Shown: positions 37,243 through 49,570 of the stretch, in pieces
How positions within the stretch are numbered: position 1 is the stretch's first letter
Layout: the number at the start of each line of letters is the position of its first letter
From: Octopus sinensis
Taxonomy: Eukaryota
Length of the DNA stretch: 64,000 nt
Assembly: GCF_006345805.1 (NCBI RefSeq)
Contig: NC_043020.1
Coordinates: 7,688,001 to 7,752,000 of the forward strand
Direction: 5' to 3'
Program-made: the position numbers and the translations under genes
Notes under the pieces: generated by a model
Told to the model about the DNA's origin: nothing
Seen by the model: only the letters and a program-made list of their open reading frames with translations
The model's database searches: none

Positions 37243-37921
37243 GGAATAAGAAGCAAAATGCTAAAAAGAAAAAAAACTTCTCTTCAATTTAAGACTGGTT
37301 TGATTTTGGATCAAAAGCTATTTTTCTGCAAAAGATATGTGATCTGAGACATATCTAAGTTCAAATTTTGTCTTCTCCACATATAATCTAACAACAAAAA
37401 CAACACTGGTGATTACCGTTGTACTGTTCCAAATGGGAATCAACCTAGATTTATATTGGCATTGGAGTTTTCTCGTCTGCCATGCTTCTAAACCAACACA
37501 CACAAATACACACGCTCTCTGCTGCACATACCAACACAGACACATCCGTATACACATAAATACATAGAAGCGTATGGATGTTCTTAGAAATGCAAATTCT
37601 TTATTTTTTGTATTCGTTACATATATATATCTTTTGTGTGTGTGTTTTTTTTTTTTCTTTGTTTTGTTTTGAAAAAAAAAGCATGTACAATTAGAGATTC
37701 GTGCATATTTTTGTGTATGCAAGTATGTGTGTCTGGTGCAGGGGGTGGGGGTCAATATATATATCTGTGTGTGTGCATGAGAGAGATAGAGAGAGAGAGA
37801 GAGGGGGAAGGATGGGGGATAGAATACCGTTGTCTAGCATTTCTGGAACTAAGTCTGAATAATGTACATCAATCGGTATTATCTTTATCATGAGCAGATT
37901 TAAATGATGATGATGATGTAA

Positions 37922-37963
<42 letters not shown>

Positions 37964-38620
37964 CATGCACATTTTAGATAAAAAACACATTTACACATTT
38001 GTTTCAGTGTACTACATTTTTTTGTTGTTGTTTTGTGTAAGTTTTTTTTTTTTTTTTTTTTGGAATCTTTTCTTCAAGGCAGCACAGCAATGTAGTCTTT
38101 GAGAATGGAATTCTAACTCAAAGACACATTGAGTAGATACACAACAGTTTAAACCCTTATTCAATATAAAAACCTGGAGCTTTTCATAAGAATCACTTGT
38201 AGCAATAAAAATACAATAAAAGTATATGAAAAAACAAAGCAAAAAGCAAAACAAAACAGCATAAAATAAAATACACTGTATAAAAAGATAACGTAAAAAA
38301 AGTATATTCGAAACTGATCAATAAGTCTGGAAATGTTCAAAACCAAATTTGTTTCGAAAGAAGAAAAAAAAGAACAACAAAATTAAATCAATACACAACA
38401 CAAAACAACAACAACAGCAACAACAACAAATGTTATTTGAATAATGGAATTGCATATATAATTAGCAGGAAGAAGAATGGAATTAAATGTTCAATATGTT
38501 TTTGTTCTCGTAAGAGGGTGGCTAAGCTGGTGAAATGGGTGTGTGTAGAACTGGACTTTTTGATGTTCCTGTATTTTTTTTTGGCACTGTATAAATATGT
38601 GTGTGTATGTGCATATATAG

Positions 38621-38654
<34 letters not shown>

Positions 38655-38655
<1 letters not shown>

Positions 38656-38890
38656 GGCGGCGACTTGGCAGAAACGTTTGCACGCCGGGCGAAATGCGTA
38701 GCCGTATTTCGTCTGTCGTTACGTTCCGAGTTCAAATTTCGCCGAGGTCAACTTTGCCTTTCATCCTTTCGGGGTCGATAAATTAAGTACCAGTTACGCA
38801 CTGGGGTCGATGTAATCGACTTAATCCCTTTGTCTATCCTTGTTTGTCCTCTCTGTGTTTAGCCCCTTGTGGGTAGTAAAAAAAAAAAAA
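38655..38890 (+). mobile_element. Family D SINE, young CpG-rich full-length copy with long tail
   Basis: GGCGGCGACTTGGCAGAAACG...GTTCCGAGTTCAAATTTCGCCGAGGTCAACTTTGCCTTTCATCCTTTCGGGGTCGATAAATTAAGTACCAG...AGCCCCTTGTGGGTAGTAAA. Confidence 0.9.
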
Positions 38891-39747
38891 TATATATATA
38901 TATAGTGTGTGTGTTTTGCAGTTTTATATGTGTGTGCATCTCTACCATCTATCAGTTTCTTTTTATGCTCTCACGAACCCACCCACCCTACTATCTCAGA
39001 TTCTCTGACCCTATTCTGTCTTCATTCACATTCTTGTCCTTATGAGTATACCCTGACACCTCATTTTCCACCATCCTTTCTCCCTTTCCTGCTGGGATAG
39101 CCATGTATCACCTCTACAGCAAGATGCCTGTTCCTGACACCACATCATACATTAGCTCCTCAACACTTGGCACAAAACCACTTTGCTTCATACTGTAACC
39201 CACCTCTAACTCTGTCATGGGGTCTTGGTGACCACACAAGTGCTGGTGATATGAAAATGTAGCCAGTACACTCTGTAAAGTGGTTGATGTTTGGAAGGGC
39301 ATCTGGCCATAGAAACCTTGTCAAAGCAAAGATTGGAGCTCAACACAGACCTCTGAGTTGTCAGATCCTGCCAATCTAGTCCATGGAATAGAGACATTAA
39401 ATGAGGATGATGATGTATATTGCTGCTGTATGTTATTTTTTGTTAAGATCAAATAATGTTGTGGATATGTGAGTTTACCTTTCTTCTCTGCAATGGTGGT
39501 AGACATCAGGGCACCAATAAAGCATTAGGTTTAAGGATTGACAGTGGTCTACCATATAGCCTCTACACTATCCACCAGTCTGCTTCCTACATCAAGAACA
39601 CATATAATGTTGCTTCTGTAGACAAAACAAGACTGAGGAATCACTGTGACTCAGCAACATCAAACACTGAACAGAATTTCCCTTGCAGCTACAATGACTG
39701 GGTCTGCATTGACCACATCAATCACCAGCAAGCCTGCAATTAATATA

Positions 39748-39963
39748 TGATGGGATGCTGAAAAGTTCCTGGCTTTGGGTAAAAAAAATTCAGGAGGATC
39801 AGTTAATTGTAATTTTATGCAGCATATTCCCCTTTCAGATTCACACATTTATCACAGTGGCCCTTCAGTTTTTGTAATCCCTGTAAAAGAATTCAGAAGG
39901 TTGAGCCTCCAGCCAAGCCTCTTGCAATACCCTTAAAGCCAGGGACTTTTCAGCAGCCCCTCA
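39748..39963. mobile_element. Mariner-type MITE
   Basis: TA|TGATGGGATGCTGAAAAGTTCCTGGCTTT versus the reverse-complemented right end TA|TGAGGGGCTGCTGAAAAGTCCCTGGCTTT. Confidence 0.8.
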
Positions 39964-40499
39964 TAGATGATTCCTGCATGATTTTAGCACACAGTTCACA
40001 CTACAATCACTATACACAACTATCTTTCTAATTATTAACTAATTGTTAATTCATAAGACAGTGAACTAAAAAATTCGTTAGAGCATCATAATTAATTCCT
40101 TGTGATATTTCTTCTGATCCATTATATCTTAAATTCAAATCCTGCAAAATCAACTTTGCTTTACATCCCTCTGGGGGTGATAAAATAAAATACCTGTCAA
40201 ACACAGGGATCTGTGGGATTGATTAACCCATTCTCCACAAAACTGTTGGCTTTGCACCTAAACTACAACCCATTAATTGTCAACCCAAACTTGTCTTATT
40301 CTACAGTGAAGCAGTCGATAAGCATGTACATACAAGCCTCAGTGTGTTTAACCAGATAACAGTGATCTGCAAGTCTCTAATCAAAGACTTGCAGATATGC
40401 AGATCACTGTAATGGTGTCAACAATAGACATATGATAAAGAGTTTTCCTTTTGGTTGATACCTTATATAAATGCCAGTGTTGTTATTAACAAAAGCACT

Positions 40500-40917
40500 T
40501 TTTACAGCAACAACAGAAAACTTATTAAAGTTAGAGCTAGGATACCACCTTGCTTTACTCATCTCTCAACAAAGACTGCCCGCCCCACAAGAATTTTCTG
40601 TTAAAGCAAATCCGCACATCATAAAAGGACTGAATAATACACAAATTTTCAGGGCAGTCCAACTTGAAGGGCATCCTCTAGAGAGTTTCCCTGTTTGGTG
40701 TATTGGATACCTTTGTGGGATCTGTGTGATGCTGATACAGGTCAAGTGGTTGTTTTACGAACTTCTGAACCTGATGAGCTGTGAATATCATGTCTGTTCT
40801 CCATTTAGCACAAAAACCATGCTGACATTCAGGCAGGACTGTTGGGAGCTACAGATAAGGCAAAGATTTTATAACTAACAGTGGAGATATTCCATGAGGG
40901 TTACTGCACCGTATCCT
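40500..40917 (-). mobile_element. Decayed RTE-clade reverse transcriptase fragment
   Basis: Minus strand reads CSNPHGIS, VLPECQHGFCAKWRTDMIFTAHQVQK..DLY..DPTKVSNTPNRETL*RM..KLDCPE and VKQGGILA, matching RTE motifs C.NYRGISLL, LPESQCGFR..DMIF, DL.KAFD and GVKQG. Confidence 0.8.
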
Positions 40918-41921
40918 GAAGAGAGAGAGAGAGAGAGAGAGAACAATGGCATACTTCCAGTTTCATGCTGTTGTAATCTCTTGATGTATTTGGTAAACAG
41001 CAAGTTTACAGCTCCTTTATCTCTTACCTTTATGTATGTATGTATGTATATATATATATATATGTATGTAGTTGTGTGTGTGTGTGTGCATGTATATATG
41101 TGTATGTCTGAACAAGTGTATGTGTATGATTTTATATATATATATATATATATATAGATATCACGTGATCACCCAGACCATCAGATGTTGTTACACATCG
41201 CTGGTCACAATGCGTTCGCATTGTTTTAGCCTTTGAATGACGCCACCCCGCTGGCTAAGCAAGCAGGCCAATATATATATATATATATATATCATCATCA
41301 TCATCATCATATATATATATATGTATGTATGTATACATGTATATATTTATCTTTATGAACAATTTTGTTTATGCTTAAGAAGAAATCCTATTGCTCAGAG
41401 CAATAACATGTGCAACAACTAGCCTGACATGCTTATCATAGATATTTCATTTAATATATTTGTCATCAATTTTATTTGATTTCGTTTTATCATCAAAACC
41501 AATAATCATGAATTTAAATCATGACTATTGAGTTTGGCGATGGAAAGAAGATAAGATAACTATTTTCTGAGATTGGCAATGTAATGTAATGTACAAATAT
41601 AAAATAAATATATTTCTGACTCTGGCACCAGGCTACAAATTTGCAAGAAGGAAGTTTTGATTAGATCAACTCCAGTAAGTCACTTGTACTTTGTTTCTTT
41701 GCAACGGCAAAAGGATAAGAGATAAAAACGAGACTTGACATTGGCAGGATCAGAACTCAGAAAGTAGAGGATATTACAAAATACTGTAAGTGTTTTGTCC
41801 ACCTCTTTTTACACCCCACCACCAAAAACAACCAAACAAACAAGCAAAAAATAAAAATAAAAAAGCAAGCATAGGAAACATACAGGAAGATGGAAATATT
41901 TTGTTTTTAATTTATTTATTA

Positions 41922-42222
41922 CTAGCAGTATCGCCCGGCATTGCTCGGGTTTGTAAGGGAAATAACTATATAAGCATTTTTAGAGAGTTACTTCCCTTAT
42001 ATAATAGCAAAAAATGCATTAAAAATGGGAAAAAATGATGGTAATTTTTTTTTAAATCGTAGACTCATCGTAGACGTTCGCTAATACCCAGAAGGGCTCG
42101 ATATGAATCACGACTATAAGATACCCGCTTTTGGTTAAACTGCACCGCAAAATGTGGGAGTAGTTAGGAATCTAAATCGTAGGAGACAGACACTCACACA
42201 ACTTCACTTTTATATATAAAGA
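41922..42222 (-). mobile_element. Non-autonomous Helitron, compact copy with canonical ends
   Basis: On the minus strand A|TC at 42222, GC hairpin (CCCGAGCAATGCCGGG) and CTAG|T at 41922; no TSD. Confidence 0.88.
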
Positions 42223-42264
42223 TTGAGTAGATATAAGAGTCTGGGCTGACCTAGACTTTCTGCA

Positions 42265-42715
42265 TTATTATTATAACGCTTACATGTTTTATCAATGTTA
42301 TTAAGCTGGGATGTTGTCTTGAGGTTTGGAGACAATCTTAAGAATCTCCCCAATCTCAAGAATCTCTCTTTGGATTCTTGCAGAATACAGGATTGCACTT
42401 TGCTGCAGGTTAACAATATGAGTTTCTGTTTCAATATCCTTGAAGCTCTTTGGTAACAGTTTGAGTGTTGTGACAGGTACACCAACTACTACAGGAATAA
42501 TTGTTGTTTAAGTCTTCCACAGTCTCTTCATCTCTCAGACTAGGTCCTGATATTCTTCAATTTCTTTTGTATCCTCTTTGTTTTCATATGGTATTACAAA
42601 ATCTATGATCTTAGACTGTTTCTTTTTATTTGTCATTTTTAATCATAGGTGTTCTTCTTGCTACAATAGTATGGTCAATATTTGTGGGGAAATCCCTTAA
42701 AATCTTATGATATAA
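42265..42715 (-). mobile_element. RLE-clade LINE (R4/Dong/NeSL-like) 3' remnant
   Basis: KILRDF..IDHTIVARR, IIDFVIPYE..EYQDLV*EMKRLW, IIPVVVG and LQQSAILYSARI match the restriction-like endonuclease domain, with stops and a frameshift; short (AAT)n tail. Confidence 0.8.
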
Positions 42716-42744
42716 ATTTCCTATCACAACTTTTCAAGTGTTGG

Positions 42745-43090
42745 GCCTCATGGAGGCTAAGTGGCTGAGTTCCTTTTGAGTGTTGGTGCCTCACAAAGGC
42801 AATGACCAAGACCTTTGGCATTATGTTGTGCTTGAGAAGAAGACCCATCAGGCTGAGCAAAATTGCAGTTGTGGCAGATACTGGTGTCATGCAAATGGTC
42901 CCTGTGCCGGTGGCACGTAAAAGCACCAATTACACTCTTGGAGTGCTTGGCATTAGGAAGGTCATCCAGCTGTAGAAAACCATGCTAAATCTGACTGTAG
43001 TCTGGTGCAGCCTTCCAGCTTACCAGCCCTGGTCAAACCATCCAACCCATGCCAGCATGGACAATGGATGTTAAATGATGATGATGATGA
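42745..43090 (+). mobile_element. RTE-like C-terminal remnant joined to the family C tail
   Basis: NDQDLWHYVVLEK (compare DR..WR..V) runs into GTGCCGGTGGCACGTAAAAGCACC...AAGGTCATCCAGCTG...(GAT)n. Confidence 0.6.
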
Positions 43091-43869
43091 ACTACTGGCT
43101 TTGTTCATACCACTTTTGTTGTGAATACACACACATGTCTAACATCCTAATACACTCTTTAACTGACACAGTCATGCCTGTGCTTATACTCTTTTTGTGC
43201 TAGCTTACTGCATTCACTTAAATGATGGTTATTACTTTCATTTCCTTTCCCACACAATCTGAATTAGCACTGACTGATTTTTATCAAGCTTTGCCTTTAC
43301 CTTTTATTACTACTGTTGTTATTTACATGTTTTCATGCCTTTTGCATTGTTTTATTTTCTATACATAGTTTGTTGGTTTTTCTTCTCTTAAATCCCAAAC
43401 TGTTTCTTTGTTCATAATTTTTCCATGTCATGTCAGGAAAATAGCATTGTGGTATTTATTCTGACCCTTTCATTCTGAGTTCAAATCCCACCTAGATCAA
43501 CTTTGCTTTTCATCCCTCAGAAGTCATAGTATTGACTACTCACCTTCTTTTCAAAAATTTGCTGGCCCTGTGCCTAAATCGAAAGCTGTCTAAAGCCAAT
43601 GAACTGACAGAATCATTATCATGCCATGCTTAGTGGGATTTCTTCTGCCTTTACATTCTGAGTTGAAATGTGACTGAGGTTAACTTTTCTTTTCATCCTG
43701 TTGGGGGTCGATAAAATAAGTACCAGTTGAGCACTGGGGTTGATGTAATTGACTAGCCCTTTCCCCCAAATTTCAGGCATTGTACCAAAAGTAAAAAGGA
43801 ATGTGATTATTGTTATTGTTGTTATTGTTCATGTGTCATGACATTTAGATTGGTTTTTATAATACCCTC

Positions 43870-44275
43870 ACCTCTCTAGCAAGACACTCGTGCCTGTCCC
43901 TCTATATTATTTTACCCTTTCAACACCCAGCACAAAGCCACTGCCCTCTCTACTACTACCCCATCAGTTGAGGGTCTTTCTTTGTCTTTTCAGCTACTCC
44001 TATCCAACTCAATTAACACAGGGTGGTCATGTATCTCTTCTTATAGTAACACATCTGTGCCTGTCCCTCTGTCATATTTTAACCTCTCAACACCTGACGC
44101 AAATCCACCTCCTTCTACTACTCCCCTATCAGTTGAGGCTCTTTCTTTATCTTTCCAGCTACTCCCATCCAACTCATATAATGTGGGGTGGCCATGCATC
44201 TCCTCTTATAGCAAAACACCTGTGCCTGTCCCTCTATCACATTTTAGCCTCTCACCACCTGGCATAAACCCAGCT
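43870..44275. repeat. Diverged ~165-bp tandem repeat, about 2.5 units
   Basis: GTGCCTGTCCCTCT occurs at 43890, 44057 and 44222. Confidence 0.8.
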
Positions 44276-45171
44276 CTTTCTTTTACACACTTATTCACTT
44301 GGTAAGGGCAACAATTTTTATTTGTCTTGCAAGTTACTTGGAGATATCACTAGTGCCACAAAGAAAAGCATCCAGTACACTGTGTAAAGTGGTTGGTGTT
44401 AGGAAGGCCATCCAGTTGCAGAAACCATGCCAAAGCAGGCATTTGAAGCTCAGTGCAGTTCTTTGTCTCTTCGGATCCTGTCAACCCATCCAACCCATGC
44501 CAGCATGGAAGAAGGATGTTAAACAATGATGATGATGATGATGGTGTATTGGCACATTTAGTAGAGCTTTAGATGAAATACTTTGCAGTATTTAGTTGCA
44601 TTCCTTTATGTTCCAAGTTCAAATCTCACTGTGGTCATCTCTGTTGTTCATTGATCCAGGGTTGATTAAATAACTACCAGTTAAGCACTGGAAGTGATTT
44701 AAATGACTTTACCTACCCTGCTTCTCAAAATCAAAGGCCTTCTACCTATTTTAGAAAATATAACAGTGCTAAACGCCAAGAATATTTTACAGCCAAACCG
44801 TTCTTATTGAGCTGATTCTTTTGCAGGGATTCTGTAAAAATCTGTTTTATTCTCCAGTAATTCTGCTTTTCCATATAAACAATAAACAAAAGAAAAAAAG
44901 AAAGAAAATTGTCTCTTTCTCATTCCATTAACAAAAAAAATGAGAAGAAATTGGAATGATTTTGTTTCTTGTCCTTGTCCTTCCCATCAATGCTCTGTTT
45001 TTTTACTTTTTACTTTTTCTGTTTTCTCCTCACTATTGATTGAATTATTTAATATTCAAATGGAGAAATTGAAGTCTGTGTATGTCTCCATAAAAGTATA
45101 ATGGATATATGTTTGTATAGTGTTTGATCATAAATATGTCTCACTGGGTGGGTGTGTTCTTGTGTATTCGT

Positions 45172-45394
45172 TTATTCTTTTACTCGTCGTATCAGTCATT
45201 TGACTGCGGCCATACTGGAACACTGCCTTAAAGGGTTTTAGTCAAAGACATCAACCCCAGGACTTATTCTTTGTAAGCCTAGTACTTATTCTATCAGTCT
45301 CTTTAGCTGAACCACTAGGTGACGGGGACTCAAACACACCAACATCTGTTGTCAAGCAATGGTGATGGAGACAAACTGAAACACAAAGACATTT

Positions 45395-45443
<49 letters not shown>

Positions 45444-46120
45444 TCGAACCTCTAATTGAACTTTATACATGCTTATATATATATACATACACACACACAC
45501 ACAACTGGCTTCTTTCAGTTTCCATCTACCAAATCGACTCACAAGGCTTTGGCCAGCCTGAGACTATAGTAGAAGATACTTGCTCAAGGTACCACGCAGT
45601 GGGACTGAACCCAGAACCCCGTGGTTGGGAAGCTTCTTACCACACACCCATGCCTGTATATGTATGTATGTATGCATGTATGTATGTATGATATGTAGAA
45701 GCATATGTGTGTGTGTGTGTGCAGGTATGGCTGTGTGGTTAAGAAATTTGCTTCTACTTCCCATTCATGTTGTTTCAGGTTCATTACATTTGCATAACAC
45801 CTTGGGCAAGTGTCTTTACTTTTGCCCCAGGCTGAACAAAGCCTTGTGAGTGGATCTGGTAAATGGAAACTGAAAGAAGCCTCTATATGTGTGTGTGTGT
45901 GTGTATGTGTGTAGCTTTGTGTCTGTGCTTGTCCCCTTGACAGCCAGTGCGTTTACATCCCTGTAACTTAGCAGTTCAGCAAAAGAGACCGATATAATAA
46001 GTACCAGGCTTCAAACAAAAGATAAAAAGCAAGTATTGGGGTTCAATTCCTTCGATTAAAAATTCTTGACGGTGTTGCCCCAGCATGGCCGCAGTCTAGT
46101 GACCGAAACAAGTAAAAAGG
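45172..46120. mobile_element. Head-to-head pair of family A SINEs (minus 45172-45655, plus 45721-46120)
   Basis: Two full but diverged copies with 5' ends about 65 bp apart. Confidence 0.85.
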
Positions 46121-46618
46121 AAAAAAATATGCGTGTGTATATCCCTGTTTTTGTGTTGTTTTTGCTGTGTCCCTTTCATCCGATAACTTAGGGCTTCAAC
46201 AAATAGGGGATTCCATAAAAGCAAGTGCAGGAGACTGAGATTGATGTGATTGACAAAACACTTAAAAGTGGTGCCCCAACATGGCCAGAATCCGATAACT
46301 GAATCTAGTAAAAGAAAATTGTGAAAACAAATATTCATATGTGATAGTTGCTTATTGTAATCACTGATAATGTTACCAGTTTGTTATTCTTATCAAGATT
46401 AATGTTTCCCAAACTTATAATTTCAAACGAAGTGGAAATTATCTACTTGTTAGAATCTAAGATTCAGATATTGTTTTATCTTTTGTATGATATTATCAGT
46501 TGGTTATTATTATCAAAAATGCTTCATGTCAAAATGACCACAATAAGTGGATTCCACTGGTGCATGTTTGTGTATATGTGTGCATGCATTTGTGTGTGTG
46601 TGTATGTATATATATTTG

Positions 46619-46661
<43 letters not shown>

Positions 46662-46857
46662 TATATATATTATATATATATATCTATTATATATAGATAA
46701 ATTTCCTCTATTTACATAATATTGAGGTCTCTTTCTTTCTTTTGTTATCTTACCGTTTTTACCAATATATATATATATATATTGTGTGTATCTATGCATG
46801 CATATATGTACGTATTGTGTGTGCATGTACATGCATGTATGTATATATATTTATACA

Positions 46858-47475
46858 TAGGTGCTGGCATGGCTGTGTGGTAAGAAGCTTGATTCCCAAC
46901 CACATCGTTCCAGGTTCAGTCCCACTGCGTTGGGCAAGTATCTTCTACTATAGCCTCGGACCGGCCAAAGCCTTGTGAGTGGATTTGGTAGACACAAACA
47001 GAAAGGAGCCCATCATATTATGTAAATATATATATATACATATACATACATACATAGTACTTATTCTGTCGGTAACTTTTGCCGAACTGCTAAGTTACTG
47101 GGAAATAATCACACCAACATCGGTTGTCAAGCAATGGAATGAGGGACAAACACAGACACACACACACATACATATATATATATATCATCATCAACATCAT
47201 CATCATCATTTAGCAGAAAGCGGACGCTAAATCATGATGATGATGATGATATATATATATGTATGTGTGTGTGTGTCTGTGTTTGTCCCTCATTCCATTG
47301 CTTGACAGCCGATGTTGGCGTCATTATTCCCCAGTAACTTAACGGTTCGGCAAAAGTTACTGACAGAATAAGTACTATGCTTACAAAGAATAAGTCCTGG
47401 TGTCGATTCGTTCGACTAAAGCTGGTGCTCCGGTATGGCCGCAACCAAATGACTGAAACAAGTAAAAAGATAAAA
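46858..47475 (+). mobile_element. Family A SINE carrying a local inverted duplication
   Basis: Head at 46858-47040, inverted body copy at 47053-47214, family C tail scrap, then body and tail at 47246-47475. Confidence 0.85.
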
Positions 47476-48476
47476 GAAAGTAAAAGAAAGTAAAAGAACA
47501 TACATATAAAATTATTATTATCGTTGTTGTTGTTGTTGTTATCGTTTAGACAAGTCCGCTATTTTACCATATTGTCTCTGCTTTTCTTATGTGTTGTTTT
47601 AGAATCATTTTTCCCTCTTTCCAATGAAATAACACAGAATAATACTCTTGTTCACCTTCTTCCCTATCTCCTCTTCCTTCGTTAACGGTCTCTCTTTCTT
47701 ACCTTCTCTCTTTTTTCCCCACCCTCTCACTCTCTCATATTATCTCTTCTTCATATTGTTTTTTCCATTCTCTTCTGTCTCACACTTCCTCACACTTCTC
47801 CTTCTTTTCACTCTTTCCCCACACATACACTGTCTCTCTCTCTCTTTTTCTCTCACACTCTCCTTTTCTTTCTCACCTGCTTACTCTTTCTCATGCTCTT
47901 TCTCACACTTTGCTACCTTCTCAATCCTCCTCTCTGTATTTTTCACACTTTCTCTCTTTCTTCCCCCTCACTCTCTATTTACCTCCCCCTTTATTTTTCT
48001 CCCCCTCTCTTAGCTTCTTTCTCATTTTCACACCTCCTCTCTCTTTTTCTTGTTCTCCATTTGTCTTCCCTCTTCTCTTTCTGATATTCCACACACACAT
48101 ACACACACACACACAATCTCAAGACAACATAATATGAAATTTCCTATACAATACCTATACAAAGCAGAACCAACTACATGAAACTCTTTCTAAATGTTGC
48201 TTGTGTTTTTTTTTGTTTTTTTTTTTGTTCTTCCATCCATTGTACTGTGTATTCCATCAACTTGTAATTCATTTTTATATCGCTACCACCACCACCACCA
48301 CCACTGCAGCCTCCATCACCAGTTGTAAATCCCAATCCCTCACCAACACTTCAACATTCACTTAATTATGTACATGTGTGCCTTGTGTGTGTGTGTATAA
48401 AACTAAATAAAGTAGTATATGTATGTGTCTATATATATATAAAACTTCTACTAATATATATACACACACATACATT

Positions 48477-48519
<43 letters not shown>

Positions 48520-48544
48520 TAAGAGAGAGAGAGCAAAAGAGAGC

Positions 48545-48575
<31 letters not shown>

Positions 48576-48896
48576 CAAAAGAGAGTGAGAGAGAGAGAGA
48601 GAGCAAGAGAGAAAGAGAGGGATCAGATAAAAGAAGTGAGGTGAGAGAATAGATGTTTATCCCATTTGTTTACAACTGTTTCATAATGTCACTAGTTATA
48701 GATATTGCATCAACATTCCCACATATAAGATACAGATATATACACACACCCATATATGCTTAGTGTGTTGAGAAATTAACTAACAGACTAATCTTCAGAA
48801 TGATTCATAGTAGTTCATCGTCATTATCATCATTCAACATATGTTTTCCATGCTGGCATGGGTTGATTCAAGACTATATATGAAGGTATATATAAA

Positions 48897-48938
<42 letters not shown>

Positions 48939-49110
48939 ATTGCAGCGTGGAAGGTGTTTGTAAGTCATTTAAGAAACACACAAAAGCTGTTTGATTCACT
49001 TCAACATTTAAGTTTAATTTGTCAAAATATTTTCGTTACTTTAAGACCGCGACCTGTTCACTGACATATATATAATATATTTGCATGTATAAATACATAT
49101 ATTAATGCAT

Positions 49111-49420
49111 TTTTTTTATTTATCTGCCCTTTTCAAGCCTAGCCAGGCTCACGGGCCCGGTTTCCCGGTTTCTATGTGTTCCCCCAGCTGGACAGGACGC
49201 CAGTCCATCGCAGCATTACTCAAGAAACAGGAAGAAAGAGTGAGAGAAAGTTGGGGCGAAAGAGTACAAAAGGGGTCACCACCATCCCCTGCCAGAGCCT
49301 CGTGGAGCTTTAGGTGTTTTCGCTCAATAAAAACACACACAACGCTCGGTCTGGGAATCGGAAAAACGATTCTCTGACCGTGAATCCGCTGCCCTAACCA
49401 CTGGGCCATTGCACCTCCAC
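49111..49420 (-). mobile_element. SINE head B1 + tail T2, with 12-bp TSD
   Basis: The head and core match 2267-2460. Tail CTGCGATGGACTGGCGTCCTGTCCAG...GAAACCGGGAAACCGGGCCC. ATATTAATGCAT at 49099-49110 and 49421-49432. Confidence 0.9.
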
Positions 49421-49570
49421 ATATTAATGCATACATAAATGTATATAATACCATGTGTATATGTATATTTACATACATATATATTCATATGTATATAATA
49501 CATGTATGTATGTATATATAACTACACGTACTTATGTGTATGTATATATATATACACACAAATGCATATA

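Noticed and set aside
38088-38131. 15-bp stem hairpin
   Set aside because: Too short and bulged to distinguish from chance. The same applies to the small hairpins at about 8729-8757 and 23471-23502.
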